A DNA stretch of 64,000 nt from Alphaproteobacteria bacterium (GCA_016869875.1 VGDE01000001.1:7088-71087); one strand, 5' to 3'. Shown: positions 1-10,500, counted from the stretch's first letter. A program made the numbers and translations. The notes: generated from the letters alone by a model not told the origin.

Positions 1-512
1 ACCTCCTCGAAGGCGGCCTTCACCGCCCGTTGGACCGGGTGGACGGGCAGGATATAGTCGGGATCGCCCTTCAGATGGCGGTTCAGCGTCAGAAACCCGG
101 CATGCTTGCCCGAGCAGTTGTTGTGCAGCTGGCAGAGCGCCTCGTCCCCGCAGGTCAGCCGGCGGTTCTCGGCCGGGTCAGTCGGCATGTGGCAGCCACA
201 GCGCAGGTCGCTGTCGCCCATGCCCAGACCCGACAGCCAGTCGCCCACCGCGCAAACATGGATGTCGGCGCCCGAATGGCTGGCGCAGGCCAGGGCCAGA
301 TGCCGGTCGGTCAGGCCGGCCGCATCGGCCGCCCCGCTTTCGATCAGCGGCAGCGCCTGGATCATCTTGCAGGAGGACCGCGGAAAGATCACCTGCGACG
401 GACGGCCCCAGACCTCGACCACGCCACGGGCGTCGCAGATCACGGCATGACCGCAATGCAGGCTTTCGCGCATGTCGCCACGCCACAGTTCGATCATTTC
501 GGCGGAACGCAT
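1..512 (-). CDS. ansA: L-asparaginase II (Rhizobium etli AnsA-type), 3' end beyond window
   Basis: Manual minus-strand translation MRSAEMIELWRGDMRESLHCGH...PRSSCKMIQALP...ACASHSG...LHNNCSGKHAGF contains the family motifs; not in the supplied ORF track because it runs off the edge. Confidence 0.85.
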   Translation of the reverse strand, partial: MRSAEMIELWRGDMRESLHCGHAVICDARGVVEVWGRPSQVIFPRSSCKMIQALPLIESGAADAAGLTDRHLALACASHSGADIHVCAVGDWLSGLGMGDSDLRCGCHMPTDPAENRRLTCGDEALCQLHNNCSGKHAGFLTLNRHLKGDPDYILPVHPVQRAVKAAFEE

Positions 513-669
513 CGGAATTTCTCCCTGACAATTGCGCGATTATGCTTGCGCAGCCTTTCTCGGGCGGCGATTTTCGCTATCTTGACGGCAGATGGTTGAA
601 AAGACCACAGCAGTCTGGAAACAACGCCGGGCAAAGCGGCGAACTGAATGAATGGCAGGAGGCCAGAGC

Positions 670-1191
670 ATGATTACCACCACGCTGCGCGGCATTGGCG
701 CGGGCCTTGTCCTGATCGCCGGACTTGGCGCGGCTGTTGCGCAAGAATCCAGCAACGTCGTCGCGACCGAGGGGGACTGGACGGTCTTTGCGGCGGACAA
801 CCCGCGCGAGTGCTGGGCCGTGTCGCCTCCGAAATCGACGATCAACACCCGCAATGGCCAGCCGGCCGAAGTGGCCCGGGGCGACATCCGCCTTTACGTC
901 GCCTATCGCCCCGGCCAGAACGGCGAGGTTTCCTTTACCGGCGGCTATCCCTTTGCGCCGGATTCGACGGTCGAGGTGGATGTGGGCGGCCGCAAGTTCA
1001 ACCTGTTCACCGAGGGCGAAAGCGCCTGGACCGGCAGCCCGTCGGACGACCAGGCGCTGGTGTCGGCCTTGCGGGCGGGCTCGTCCGCCGTCGTGACCGG
1101 ACGCTCGGCGCGCGGCACGACCACCAAGGACACGTTCAGCCTGTCGGGCATCACCGCCGCCACCAACTCGGCCCGGTCGCGCTGCCAGTAA
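670..1191 (+). CDS. Invasion-associated locus B (IalB) family periplasmic protein
   Basis: Signal peptide, GDWTVF...CWAVS, C-terminal DTFSLSGITAA...C; AGGAGG RBS; usual position upstream of rlmN. Confidence 0.8.
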   Translation: MITTTLRGIGAGLVLIAGLGAAVAQESSNVVATEGDWTVFAADNPRECWAVSPPKSTINTRNGQPAEVARGDIRLYVAYRPGQNGEVSFTGGYPFAPDSTVEVDVGGRKFNLFTEGESAWTGSPSDDQALVSALRAGSSAVVTGRSARGTTTKDTFSLSGITAATNSARSRCQ

Positions 1192-1317
1192 AACGGCAGG
1201 CGCGCGCCCGTCCCTAGGTCCGCCGGACCTGTCACCTGTGTCGAATTCCGCGGGGCTGGTTGATTTCCGGCCCCGTTTCGCTTATTTGCAGGTCTTTCGC
1301 AGAATCCCGGTAGGCTC

Positions 1318-2514
1318 ATGACCGTCCTTCTTCCGCAGGCCGCAGGCGCGGCCCCGATCACGCAAGACGTGCTGACCATACCGCGCAAGCTGCCGGACGG
1401 CGGACGCGTGAACATCGTCGGCCTGACGCGCGACCAGTTGCGCGACGCGCTGGTCGAGGCGGGAACGCCCGAGCGGCAGGCCAGGATGCGCGTGGGCCAG
1501 GTCTGGCAGTGGGTTTATCACTGGGGCGTGCGCGACTTCGCGCAGATGACGAACCTTGCCAAGGACTACCGTGCCCTCTTGGCCGAGCGTTTCGAGATTG
1601 CCCTGCCCGAGATCGTGACCCGTCAGGTCAGCGCCGACGGCACACGGAAATACCTGCTGAAGATCGCCGGCGGCCACGAGGTCGAGGCCGTCTATATCCC
1701 CGAGGAAGGACGCGGCACGCTCTGTGTTTCCAGCCAGGTCGGTTGCACGCTGACCTGTTCGTTCTGCCATACCGGCACGCAAAAGCTGGTGCGCAACCTG
1801 ACCGCCGGGGAAATCGTGGGCCAGTTGCTGGTCGCGCGCGATGATCTGGGCGAGTGGCCCGTGCAGGGCGCCCCCAAGGACGAGACGCGGCTGATCAGCA
1901 ATGTCGTGCTGATGGGCATGGGCGAGCCGCTCTACAACTTCGAGAATGTGCGCGACGCGATGAAGGTGGTGATGGACAACGAGGGCCTGTCCTTGTCCCG
2001 CCGCCGCATCACCCTGTCCACCAGCGGCGTGGTGCCGGAAATCGCCCGCACCGCCGAGGAAATCGGCTGCCTGCTGGCCGTCAGCTTCCACGCCACCACC
2101 GACGAAGTTCGTAACCAGCTGGTGCCGATCAACAAGCGCTGGAACATCGAGGCGCTCTTGGGTGCGCTGCGCGAATACCCGCGCCTGTCCAACAGCGAAC
2201 GGATCACCTTCGAGTATGTCATGCTGGACGGGGTGAACGACAGCGATGCGGATGCGCGCCGTCTGGTCCGGCTGATCCAGGGCATCCCGGCCAAGATCAA
2301 CCTCATTCCGTTCAACGAATGGCCCGGTGCGCCCTACAAGCGTTCGTCCTGGGAGCGGATCCAGGCCTTTGCCGATATCGTCCACAAGGCTGGCTATGCC
2401 AGTCCGATCCGCACCCCGCGCGGCGAGGATATCATGGCGGCCTGCGGCCAGTTGAAATCGGCGACCGAGCGCGGCCGCAAGTCGCGTGCCCAGATCGAGG
2501 CCGAGGCCAGCTGA
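1318..2514 (+). CDS. rlmN: 23S rRNA (adenine(2503)-C2)-methyltransferase RlmN
   Basis: Radical [18 protein letters not shown]-terminal DIMAACGQL. Confidence 0.97.
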   Translation: MTVLLPQAAGAAPITQDVLTIPRKLPDGGRVNIVGLTRDQLRDALVEAGTPERQARMRVGQVWQWVYHWGVRDFAQMTNLAKDYRALLAERFEIALPEIVTRQVSADGTRKYLLKIAGGHEVEAVYIPEEGRGTLCVSSQVGCTLTCSFCHTGTQKLVRNLTAGEIVGQLLVARDDLGEWPVQGAPKDETRLISNVVLMGMGEPLYNFENVRDAMKVVMDNEGLSLSRRRITLSTSGVVPEIARTAEEIGCLLAVSFHATTDEVRNQLVPINKRWNIEALLGALREYPRLSNSERITFEYVMLDGVNDSDADARRLVRLIQGIPAKINLIPFNEWPGAPYKRSSWERIQAFADIVHKAGYASPIRTPRGEDIMAACGQLKSATERGRKSRAQIEAEAS

Positions 2515-2515
2515 T

Positions 2516-3007
2516 CTAGGGCAGTGCCGCCCGCAGCTTTGACAAAAGCGCATTCAGCGCCGCACGATCCTGCGGCGGCAGGCCTGCCAGCAGGCGGGTC
2601 TCATTTTCGGCATGCGGCCCGATGGCGTCCTCGACAAGCGCAAGGCCATCGGGTGTCAGTTCGACCAGCGTGCCCCGCCGGTCCTCGGGGTTGGGCAGGC
2701 GGCGGATCAGGCCTCGTCGTTCCAGCCGGTCCAGCCGCGCCGTCATGCCGCCCGAACTGAGCATCGTCGCCTCGTAGAGTGCCGTAGGTGTCAGGCGAAA
2801 GGGTGCCCCCGCCCGGCGCAGGGTCGCCAGAACGTCGAACTCGCCTCCCTGCAGGCTGAACCGCTCGAAGACAGGCTGCAGGTCGCGGGTCAGCAGAGCC
2901 GACAATTCGTTCAGCCGGCCGACGATCTCCATCGCCTCGACGTCCAGGTCAGGGCGCTCTCGGCGCCAGGCTTGCGCCGCACGGGCAGCACGATCAGGAT
3001 CAGACAT
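2516..3007 (-). CDS. MarR family regulator, PecS/UrtR-like
   Basis: N-terminal W-x-x-E-R-P-D-L, EFDVLATLRR, LDRLE, DRRG wing; divergent from a DMT exporter. Confidence 0.88.
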   Translation of the reverse strand: MSDPDRAARAAQAWRRERPDLDVEAMEIVGRLNELSALLTRDLQPVFERFSLQGGEFDVLATLRRAGAPFRLTPTALYEATMLSSGGMTARLDRLERRGLIRRLPNPEDRRGTLVELTPDGLALVEDAIGPHAENETRLLAGLPPQDRAALNALLSKLRAALP

Positions 3008-3039
3008 GTCTTGCCATAAAGATTGTTTTCGGCAAGATA
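3007..3039. promoter_or_regulatory. Two overlapping PecS-type operator palindromes
   Basis: TGTCTT-N6-AAGATT (3007-3024) and ATTGTT-N6-AAGATA (3022-3039) between the divergent MarR and DMT genes. Confidence 0.65.
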
Positions 3040-3065
3040 CTAACATCCAAAGCAGGGGCGCGACA

Positions 3066-3968
3066 ATGACCGAGATGCAGGGCCGGCTGGTGATCCTGGG
3101 ATGTCTGGTGACAGCGGGAGCCGCGCTGGCGGTGACGATCCTGATCTCTCGCATGGCGTCGGATGCGGGGGCGCCGATGATCTGGTTCCTGTCTGTCGTG
3201 CTGGCTGGCGGAGGTGCGGTGCAACTGGTGCTGGCGGCGCTGCTGGGGCAGCTGCGTGGCGCGGGGCGGATGCTGCCCTATGCGGCGGGGGCGGGCGTGC
3301 TGCTGGCCGGGCCCACGGCACTTGGTTATCTGGCCGTCGCGCATGTGGGCGCGGGCTATATCGCGATGACCTTTGCCTTTCCGATTCTTCTGACATGGGG
3401 GATGGCCCGCCTGCTGGGATTGGAGCGTGCCGATCCCCGCCGCTCGTTGGCCGTGGCCCTGGGTCTGTCCGGAGGCGTGATTCTGGCCATGTCCAAGCTG
3501 ACGGACCTGCCGGCCGAGGCGACAACCTGGCTGGTCGCGGCGACGGCGATGCCGGTGGTCATTGCGGCGGGCAATATCTATCGCAGCCGCTATTGGCCCG
3601 CGGGCGGGCGGCCGCTGACCCTGTCGGCGCTGACGCTGCTGATGGCGGGGCTGGCCTGCGTGCCGCTGGCCCTGATGCTCGATCCGGGTGCCGCAATCCT
3701 GTGGCACCGCGCGGACCTGCGCTCGCTCGTGGGTGTCGATGTGGCCGTCTTCGTGATCCAGTACATCGCCTTTTTCCAGCTGCAGCGCCGGGGCGGCCCG
3801 GTGACGCTGTCGCTGCTGGGGCCGGTGGCGGCCGTCACCGGGGCGGCCGGTGCCTTGTGGCTGTTCGCCGAACCCCTTCCGCAGGGCTTTCTGCTGGCTG
3901 GGCTGCTGGTGGGGGCGGGCGTCCTGCTGATGCTGATGCGCCGCGCCCCTGCAGCCCGGCCCGTTTAA
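3066..3968 (+). CDS. DMT/EamA family transporter (PecM-like)
   Basis: About 10 hydrophobic helices in two EamA repeats. Confidence 0.82.
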   Translation: MTEMQGRLVILGCLVTAGAALAVTILISRMASDAGAPMIWFLSVVLAGGGAVQLVLAALLGQLRGAGRMLPYAAGAGVLLAGPTALGYLAVAHVGAGYIAMTFAFPILLTWGMARLLGLERADPRRSLAVALGLSGGVILAMSKLTDLPAEATTWLVAATAMPVVIAAGNIYRSRYWPAGGRPLTLSALTLLMAGLACVPLALMLDPGAAILWHRADLRSLVGVDVAVFVIQYIAFFQLQRRGGPVTLSLLGPVAAVTGAAGALWLFAEPLPQGFLLAGLLVGAGVLLMLMRRAPAARPV

Positions 3969-4795
3969 GGGGCGGGCCAGTTGTCGATGATCGCGACGGC
4001 CTCGTCGGCGGTCTCGACATAGCGGATCAGTTCCAGGTCGCTCTGGCTGATCGTGCCCGCATCCGCCAAAGCCTGCCAGTTGATGATGCCGTCCCAGAAG
4101 GCGGCGCCGAACAGCAGGATCGGAATGCGTGCCATGCGGCCCGTCTGGATCAGCGTCAGCGTTTCGAACAGTTCGTCCAGCGTGCCGAATCCGCCGGGAA
4201 AGACGGTGACGGCGCGGGCGCGCATCAGGAAATGCATCTTGCGGACCGCAAAATAGTGGAAGTTGAAGCACAGGTCCGGCGTCACATAGGCATTTGGCGC
4301 CTGTTCGAACGGCAGCACGATCCCCAGACCGATGGACACGCCGCCCGCCTCGGCCGCGCCCTTGTTGCCGGCCTCCATGACGCCCGGACCGCCGCCGGTG
4401 CAGATCACGAACTCCCGTCCCTTTGCCGCCAGGCTGCGCTCGGTCATCCGGTAGGCGAAAAGGCGCGCCTGCTCGTAATATTGCGACAGTTCTGCAAGGG
4501 CAGTCGTGCGTGCCGTCCGGGTGCCGTCGGGCGAGGGAATACGGGCGCCGCCGAACATCACCACCGTCGATTCGATGCCGTATTCGTCCATGATCATCTG
4601 CGGCTTCAGCAGTTCCAGCTGTAGCCGGACGGAACGCAGTTCTTCGCGCAACAGGAACTCGCGGTCGGTGAAGGCGAGGCGATAAGAGGGCGCACGGGTC
4701 TGGGGCGTATCGGGAACATGGCCCGCGCGGGCCACGTCCTCCTCGCTGTGGGGCAGGGTGTGGACGCGGTCCTCTTCGGGCAGGTCGTCGTTCAT
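3965..4795 (-). CDS. LOG family protein (TIGR00730-like)
   Basis: TGGGPGVMEA, FHYFAVRK and PGGFGTLDE motifs. Confidence 0.9.
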   Translation of the reverse strand: MNDDLPEEDRVHTLPHSEEDVARAGHVPDTPQTRAPSYRLAFTDREFLLREELRSVRLQLELLKPQMIMDEYGIESTVVMFGGARIPSPDGTRTARTTALAELSQYYEQARLFAYRMTERSLAAKGREFVICTGGGPGVMEAGNKGAAEAGGVSIGLGIVLPFEQAPNAYVTPDLCFNFHYFAVRKMHFLMRARAVTVFPGGFGTLDELFETLTLIQTGRMARIPILLFGAAFWDGIINWQALADAGTISQSDLELIRYVETADEAVAIIDNWPAP

Positions 4796-4823
4796 CGAAG
4801 CCTCATAAGCGCCCTTGCGCGGA

Positions 4824-4849
4824 TTGCGCGGGCTTTCCCTGACGCATAT
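4824..4849 (+). promoter_or_regulatory. Candidate RpoH-type promoter for dapD
   Basis: TTG-N18-CATAT about 50 bp upstream of the ATG. Confidence 0.4.
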
Positions 4850-4898
4850 AGCCCGACACAGAGATTTTCCACCCACCCCCGCCCGAGGAGAGGCCGCC

Positions 4899-5720
4899 AT
4901 GACCCAAGCCCTGGAAACCGCCATCGAAGCCGCGTGGGAAGGCCGCGCCGACATCACCAGCGCCACCCGGGGTGAAACCCGCGAAGCAGTCGAGGAAACC
5001 CTGCGGCAGCTGGACAGCGGCACCCTTCGCGTCGCCGAAAAGCGCGGCGCGGACTGGCATGTGAACCAGTGGGCGAAAAAGGCCGTGCTGCTGTCGTTCC
5101 GCCTGAACGACATGGAGGAAATGTCGGGTGGCCCGCAGGGGTCGAACTGGTGGGACAAGGTCCCGTCCAAGTTCCACGGCTGGGGCGCCGACCAGTGGCG
5201 CGACGCGGGTTTTCGCGCCGTGCCGGGCGCCATCGTGCGGCGCTCCGCATTCATCGGCCGGAACGCCGTGCTGATGCCGTCCTTCGTGAACCTGGGCGCC
5301 CATGTGGGCGAGGGCACGATGGTGGACACCTGGGCCACGGTCGGCAGCTGCGCGCAGATCGGCCGGAACGTCCACCTGTCGGGCGGCGTCGGCATCGGCG
5401 GTGTGCTGGAGCCGCTGCAGGCCGGCCCCACCATCATCGAGGACGACTGCTTCATCGGCGCCCGGTCCGAGGTCGTCGAGGGCTGCATCATTCGCGAGGG
5501 CTCGGTCCTCGGGATGGGCGTCTATATCGGCCAGTCCACCAAGATCGTCGACCGCGAGTCCGGCAATGTCAGCTATGGCGAAGTGCCTGCAGGCTCGGTC
5601 GTGGTGTCGGGAACGATGCCCTCGAAGAACGGCGTGAACCTGTATTGCGCGGTGATCGTCAAGCGCGTGGACGCGCAGACGCGCTCCAAGACATCTGTCA
5701 ACGAACTGCTGCGCGACTGA
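4899..5720 (+). CDS. dapD: Tetrahydrodipicolinate N-succinyltransferase
   Basis: [33 protein letters not shown], ends NELLRD. Confidence 0.97.
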   Translation: MTQALETAIEAAWEGRADITSATRGETREAVEETLRQLDSGTLRVAEKRGADWHVNQWAKKAVLLSFRLNDMEEMSGGPQGSNWWDKVPSKFHGWGADQWRDAGFRAVPGAIVRRSAFIGRNAVLMPSFVNLGAHVGEGTMVDTWATVGSCAQIGRNVHLSGGVGIGGVLEPLQAGPTIIEDDCFIGARSEVVEGCIIREGSVLGMGVYIGQSTKIVDRESGNVSYGEVPAGSVVVSGTMPSKNGVNLYCAVIVKRVDAQTRSKTSVNELLRD

Positions 5721-6172
5721 TGACCACGCTCTACATCGACGCGGATGCCTGTCCCGTGAAGGCCGAGGCCGAGCGGGTGGCGGTCCGCCTTGGTGTGCCG
5801 ATGGTTCTGGTCTGCAATGGCGGGCTGCGGATGCCCAGACATCCGCTGGTCCGCCTGGAGATCGTCCCCGAAGGCCCGGATGCCGCCGACAAGTGGATCG
5901 CCGATCAGTGCGGGCCGGGCGACGTGGTGGTGACGGGCGACCTGCCATTGGCTGACCGCTGCCTCAAGGCCGGCGCGCAGGTCCTGCGCCATGACGGTGA
6001 GGTTTTGTCCGAAGCCAATATCGGGCCGCGCTTGGCCGTGCGCGACCTGATGGCCGACCTGCGGGCGGCCGATCCCTTCCTGCAGGGCGGCGGCGCCTCC
6101 TTCGGCAAGGCGGACCGCGCGCGGTTCCTGCAGGCGCTGGACCGAGCGCTGACACTGGCGCGGCGGGGCTGA
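5720..6172 (+). CDS. YaiI/YqxD (DUF188) family protein
   Basis: [10 protein letters not shown]...DAADKWI...VVTGDLPLA; TGATG coupling to dapD. Confidence 0.9.
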   Translation: MTTLYIDADACPVKAEAERVAVRLGVPMVLVCNGGLRMPRHPLVRLEIVPEGPDAADKWIADQCGPGDVVVTGDLPLADRCLKAGAQVLRHDGEVLSEANIGPRLAVRDLMADLRAADPFLQGGGASFGKADRARFLQALDRALTLARRG

Positions 6173-6173
6173 C

Positions 6174-6198
6174 GAACCATCCGGCCCTTGCGCGCGTT
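6174..6198 (+). promoter_or_regulatory. Candidate EcfG (sigma-T) promoter for exoD
   Basis: GAAC-N17-CGTT 30 bp upstream of the ATG. Confidence 0.55.
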
Positions 6199-6227
6199 GC
6201 CCCAGTCGCATCGTGCAGGAGAGGTCG

Positions 6228-6809
6228 ATGAGCGACGACGACACCAGCATCAGCGCCATGATCGGCCGGGTCCAGAAGGCCGCCAGCGGCGAACGGACCC
6301 GGGTCGGCGACATTGCCGAGGCGCTTGGGCGCGACTCGCTGCCCCCCAACCTGATGATCCCGGCGCTGGCGGTGGTGTCGCCCCTGTCAGGCATTCCGCT
6401 GTTCTCGTCCATCTGCGGCATCATGATCGCGCTGATCTCGGCGCAGATGCTGCTGAGGCGCGAGCAGGCCTGGCTGCCCGGTTTCGTGACGCGCAAGGAG
6501 GTCTCGACCGAGCGGCTGCGCAAGGGGGCCGAGTGGATGCAGCGGCCGGCGCGCTTTCTGGACCGCATCACCCGCCGAAGGCTCAGCTGGCTGGTGCGCC
6601 GGCCGATGCTGTGGGTGACGCAGCTGATCTGCCTGTGCTGCGGCCTGATGATGCCCATGCTGGAGATCCTGCCCTTTACCTCGTCGCTGATGGGCGTCGT
6701 GGTCAGCCTGTTCGCATTCGGCATGCTGGCGCGCGACGGGCTGTTCACGGTTTTTGGCTTTGGCGCGATTGGGGGCGTGGGGGCGGCCGTCCTGTATTTC
6801 GTCCAGTAG
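6228..6809 (+). CDS. exoD: ExoD family membrane protein
   Basis: SPLSGIP, QML...WLP, C-terminal G...RDG motif typical of ExoD. Confidence 0.85.
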   Translation: MSDDDTSISAMIGRVQKAASGERTRVGDIAEALGRDSLPPNLMIPALAVVSPLSGIPLFSSICGIMIALISAQMLLRREQAWLPGFVTRKEVSTERLRKGAEWMQRPARFLDRITRRRLSWLVRRPMLWVTQLICLCCGLMMPMLEILPFTSSLMGVVVSLFAFGMLARDGLFTVFGFGAIGGVGAAVLYFVQ

Positions 6810-6812
6810 CGG

Positions 6813-6849
6813 AGCGGGCGGCGGGGCCATCGAGGCCCCGCCGCCCGCT
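6813..6849. terminator. GC-rich hairpin between convergent genes
   Basis: AGCGGGCGGCGGGGCC / GGCCCCGCCGCCCGCT inverted repeat; no U-tract. Confidence 0.45.
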
Positions 6850-6892
6850 GCCGCGGCGCCGGCACAAGGGACCGGCGACGCGACCGCCCGCC

Positions 6893-7693
6893 TCAGGCCT
6901 CGGGCTTGATCCGCGCCGCCGTGCCTTGCGCAAAGGCGGCCAGTCGTTCGCGCGCCGCGTCCTGGGTGTTGATCACGCCCGCCACCATCGCCTCGGCATA
7001 GGCGGCGTCAAGCCCGCTCATGTTCTGCATGTGGCTGATGGCCGAGCAGATCGCGAAGTTCGACAAGGGCGGGTTTTCGGCCGCGGTTCGGGCGATCGCC
7101 ACCGTCTTGGCCTCGGGATCGTCGACGAGATACTGGCAAAGCCCGACATCCACCGCCTCCTGCCCGCGATAAAGGCGGCCCGACAGCATCATGTCGATCA
7201 TCCGCGCCTTGCCGATCAGGCCTGCCACGCGGATCGTCGCGCCTCCGCCGGTAAAGAGGCCGCGCTGCCCCTCCGGCAGGCCGAAATAGGTGTCGGGCCC
7301 CGCCACGCGGATATGAGCGGCGCTGGCAAGCTCCAGCCCGCCGCCCACGACGGCGCCCTTCAGCGCCGCGATGACGGGCACTCCTCCGTATTCCATCTTG
7401 TTGAACGCCTCGTGCCACCGCAGGCAGACCTGCATGAAATCGGCCGCCGAACGGTTTTCCCGGTGGTGTTCGACCAGATCAAGTCCTGCGCAGAAATGAT
7501 CGCCCTCGGCCCGCAGGATCGCGGCCCGCGCGCCGGCGCGCGGCAGGATCGAGAAGATGTCCACCAGCTCGTCGATCGTGGCCAGATCCAGCGCGTTCCG
7601 CTTGGCCGGGCGGTTCAGCGTAACGGTGGCGATCCTGTCATCATCCACCGTCAGCAGGATGTTCGACAGCCTCAGGTCCGCGATGCCGCGCAT
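6893..7693 (-). CDS. Enoyl-CoA hydratase/isomerase (crotonase) family
   Basis: [27 protein letters not shown]. Confidence 0.92.
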   Translation of the reverse strand: MRGIADLRLSNILLTVDDDRIATVTLNRPAKRNALDLATIDELVDIFSILPRAGARAAILRAEGDHFCAGLDLVEHHRENRSAADFMQVCLRWHEAFNKMEYGGVPVIAALKGAVVGGGLELASAAHIRVAGPDTYFGLPEGQRGLFTGGGATIRVAGLIGKARMIDMMLSGRLYRGQEAVDVGLCQYLVDDPEAKTVAIARTAAENPPLSNFAICSAISHMQNMSGLDAAYAEAMVAGVINTQDAARERLAAFAQGTAARIKPEA

Positions 7694-7756
7694 GTCCGGT
7701 CTCCTCCTTGTGACGGGTCGGGCATAGCGCGGCGACCCCGTGCGGCCAAGACGTGC

Positions 7757-8680
7757 TCAGGCGCCGATTAGCACCATGACCAACGGGATGGTCAGGATGC
7801 TCAGCGCGGTCGAGATCAGGATCGCCGCCGACACTCGCTGCTGCGCCAGCCCGAAGTGTTGGGCCAGGATATAGACGTTGCCGGCCACGGGCAGGGCGGC
7901 GGCGGCGGCCATGACGCCTGCGGCAAAGGGTTCGACCGCCAGCGCCAGGGCGGCCAGCCCCACGGCCAGCGGGTGCAGGACCAGCTTGGCCAGGCTGAGC
8001 CAGGCCGAGGCGGCCACGCGCTGCAGCCGCCGCCCCGCCAGGCTGGCGCCGATCGCAAAAAGCGCGCCGGGGGTCGCCGCGGCCCCCAGGACGGTCAGAA
8101 ACTCGTCCAGGGGGCCGGGCAGCGGCAGGGCCAGCCCGGCCCAGGCAAGACCCGCGACCATGGACAGGATCATCGGGTTGGCCAGGATACCCCGCAGCAC
8201 CGGCAGGACCGTCGCCAGCCGCATCCCGCTCTGGCGCGAGGCGTGCACGATCAGCGTGATCAGCGTCGAGAACACCAGCATGTCGATGATCAGCACCATC
8301 AGGACCGGGCCGACGGCGCGCTCTCCCAGCAGGACGACCAGCATGGGCACGCCCAGAAAGCCGGTATTGCCGATCATGCAGCACTGGGCCTCCATCGCGG
8401 CCTCGGCCATGCCGAGGCCCCTCAGGCGCGCCACGGCCAGCCCCAGCACCCAGACCAGCAGCGATCCGGCCAGATAGGCCAGCGCAAAGCGCAGGTCGAA
8501 CAGCGCAGCCAGATCGAGGTCGGCGGCAAAGCGGAACAGCATGGCCGACAGGGCGAAATAGAACACGAAGCGCGTCAGCCAGGCGGCGCCCTCGGGCGGA
8601 AAGAACCGCGTGGCCGCCGCCGTCCAGCCCAGCCCGATCAGCCCAAAGAACGGCAGGGTCTTCAGAAAGACCTCCAGCAT
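7757..8680 (-). CDS. AEC (auxin efflux carrier) family transporter
   Basis: GNTGFLGVP, LAKLVLHP, ALPVAGNVY, ILISTALS. Confidence 0.9.
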   Translation of the reverse strand: MLEVFLKTLPFFGLIGLGWTAAATRFFPPEGAAWLTRFVFYFALSAMLFRFAADLDLAALFDLRFALAYLAGSLLVWVLGLAVARLRGLGMAEAAMEAQCCMIGNTGFLGVPMLVVLLGERAVGPVLMVLIIDMLVFSTLITLIVHASRQSGMRLATVLPVLRGILANPMILSMVAGLAWAGLALPLPGPLDEFLTVLGAAATPGALFAIGASLAGRRLQRVAASAWLSLAKLVLHPLAVGLAALALAVEPFAAGVMAAAAALPVAGNVYILAQHFGLAQQRVSAAILISTALSILTIPLVMVLIGA

Positions 8681-8711
8681 CCGGCTTTCCCCAAGTTCGC
8701 CTTGGGGCGCG

Positions 8712-9692
8712 TCAGCCGGAACCGATCAGCACCCCCACGGCCAGCACCAGACCACCGCCCACCACGACTTGCAAGGTGGCCCGCCAGAAGGGCGTCTGCA
8801 TCCAGCGGTTCTGGATCCAGGCAATGGCCCACAGTTCGACAAAGACCACGATGATGGCGAGGGTTGTGGCGGTCCAGAAATCGGGGATCAGGTAGGGCAG
8901 CGCATGACCCATGCCGCCCACCGTGGTCATCACCCCTGACGCGACCCCCCGCTTGATGGGGGAGCCGCGGCCCGACACGACCCCGTCGTCCGAGGCCGCC
9001 TCGGTAAAGCCCATGCTGATGCCCGCACCCAGACTGGCCGCGAGCCCCACCAGAAAGGTCGTCCAGGGGTCCTGCGTCGCAAAGGCCACTGCAAAAATCG
9101 GCGCCAGGGTCGAGACGCTGCCATCCATCAGCCCCGCAAGGCCCGGCTGCACCCAGGTCAGCACAAAGCTGCGATGCGCGACGGCGTCCTCCTCGGCCCG
9201 GGCATCGGAATGCAGGTGTTCGGTGGCCAGTTCGACGGCGCGGTTCTCGTGGCCGCGCTCGGCCGCGGCCAGGTCGCCCAGCAGCTTGCGCGTGCCGGCA
9301 TCCTGGCTCAGCTGCGCGGCGCCGGCATAGAACTCGGCCGCATCGCGCTCCATCCCGGCCGCCTCGGCCCGGATCGACTCGAGCGACAGGACATCCATCA
9401 TCCAGGCGGGTCGCCGGGTGACATAGCCCGCGACATGTTCGCGCCGGATCACGGGGATCGCGTCTCCAAAGCGCGCCCGGAACGCGTCCAGCAGCAGGCG
9501 GCGGTGGCCATCCTCTTCCGCACTCATCGCGTCAAAGACGGCGGCGGTGGCGGGATAGTCCTTGCGCAGCGTCTCGGCCCAGTTCCGATAGATCCGGGCG
9601 TCATCCTCTTCCGAGGCGATGGCGAGGGCCAGGATCTCGCGCTCGGACAGTTCCGACAGGCGCTTGCGGCTGGGCAGGAAGGGCAAAGTCAT
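8712..9692 (-). CDS. mbfA: Iron exporter MbfA (rubrerythrin plus VIT1/CCC1 domain)
   Basis: EEDD/EEDGH ferritin-like N-domain; QPGLAGLMDGSVSTLAP membrane domain. Confidence 0.93.
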   Translation of the reverse strand: MTLPFLPSRKRLSELSEREILALAIASEEDDARIYRNWAETLRKDYPATAAVFDAMSAEEDGHRRLLLDAFRARFGDAIPVIRREHVAGYVTRRPAWMMDVLSLESIRAEAAGMERDAAEFYAGAAQLSQDAGTRKLLGDLAAAERGHENRAVELATEHLHSDARAEEDAVAHRSFVLTWVQPGLAGLMDGSVSTLAPIFAVAFATQDPWTTFLVGLAASLGAGISMGFTEAASDDGVVSGRGSPIKRGVASGVMTTVGGMGHALPYLIPDFWTATTLAIIVVFVELWAIAWIQNRWMQTPFWRATLQVVVGGGLVLAVGVLIGSG

Positions 9693-9701
9693 GATCGTCG
9701 C

Positions 9702-9754
9702 TCAAATATCCTCGGGGGTGAGGCCGCTTGCGGCCGAGGGGACCGATGGTCCCC
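9702..9754 (-). repeat. Dispersed palindromic repeat, copy A
   Basis: GGGGACCATCGGTCCCC-hairpin-CCCCCGAGGATATTT; similar copy at 12508-12560. Confidence 0.5.
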
Positions 9755-9977
9755 GTTGCACGGTGAACTCCAGCGCGCCCTCGTCCAACGTGCGCATGTC
9801 CACCATGACATGTCCCGCCTGTCCGCAGAAATGCGGCACATCGACCGCAGCCATGGGATCGGTGGCGATCAGGCGCAGGACCGCACCGGGCGGCAGGTCC
9901 TGCAGCGCCTTGCGCAGCCGCAGCACGGGCAGGGGGCACAACATCCCCCGCGCATCCACCACCCGGGGCTGGGTCAC
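9702..9977 (-). CDS. Sulfurtransferase TusA family protein
   Basis: VDARGMLCPLPVL (CPxP) and ATDP...DVPHFC; C-terminal tail overlaps a repeat. Confidence 0.88.
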   Translation of the reverse strand: MTQPRVVDARGMLCPLPVLRLRKALQDLPPGAVLRLIATDPMAAVDVPHFCGQAGHVMVDMRTLDEGALEFTVQRGPSVPSAASGLTPEDI

Positions 9978-10486
9978 GAAGCATCCGCGAATCGGGCCAG
10001 GCACCAGCCGGTCAGGTCCGCCGGCGCCACCTCGACCGCCAGGTCACCGGCAAAGTCCAGGAACTGGTCGCGCTGCTGGCGCGGGACATACAGCACCACC
10101 GGCAGACCCGCGCCCGCCGCGTCGCCGATCAGGCTGCGAAAGCCGCGGCCCATCGCCTCCTGCCGGCCGAACTTGGGCACCACCACCAGGTCGGCCCCCG
10201 CCAGATGCGGCGCCGTGCGCGCCACCGCCTGTTCCAGCGCGCCGGTGTCCAGCCGGCAGCCCGAGGCGCCCGGCCCCAGCGATTGCGAGATGCGGATCGG
10301 CATCCCGGTATCGCCAAGAACGATCATGTCCATGTCGCAGGCGCAATCCGGCCCCAGATCGTGGTTGCGCTGCACGGCGCCGGCGACGCGCAGGCCGCGC
10401 GCCTGCAGGTCGCGGGCCAGATCCTCGATCAGCCGGTCGGCGTGACCGGGGGGCGCATCCTTTGTCATGGTGAACCAGGCCAGCAT
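9974..10486 (-). CDS. DUF2478 family P-loop-like protein
   Basis: GAVQ...CDM...ISQSLGPGASGCRLD...KFGRQEAMGRG. Confidence 0.85.
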   Translation of the reverse strand: MLAWFTMTKDAPPGHADRLIEDLARDLQARGLRVAGAVQRNHDLGPDCACDMDMIVLGDTGMPIRISQSLGPGASGCRLDTGALEQAVARTAPHLAGADLVVVPKFGRQEAMGRGFRSLIGDAAGAGLPVVLYVPRQQRDQFLDFAGDLAVEVAPADLTGWCLARFADAS

Positions 10487-10500
10487 GGGGTTCCTTTCCT

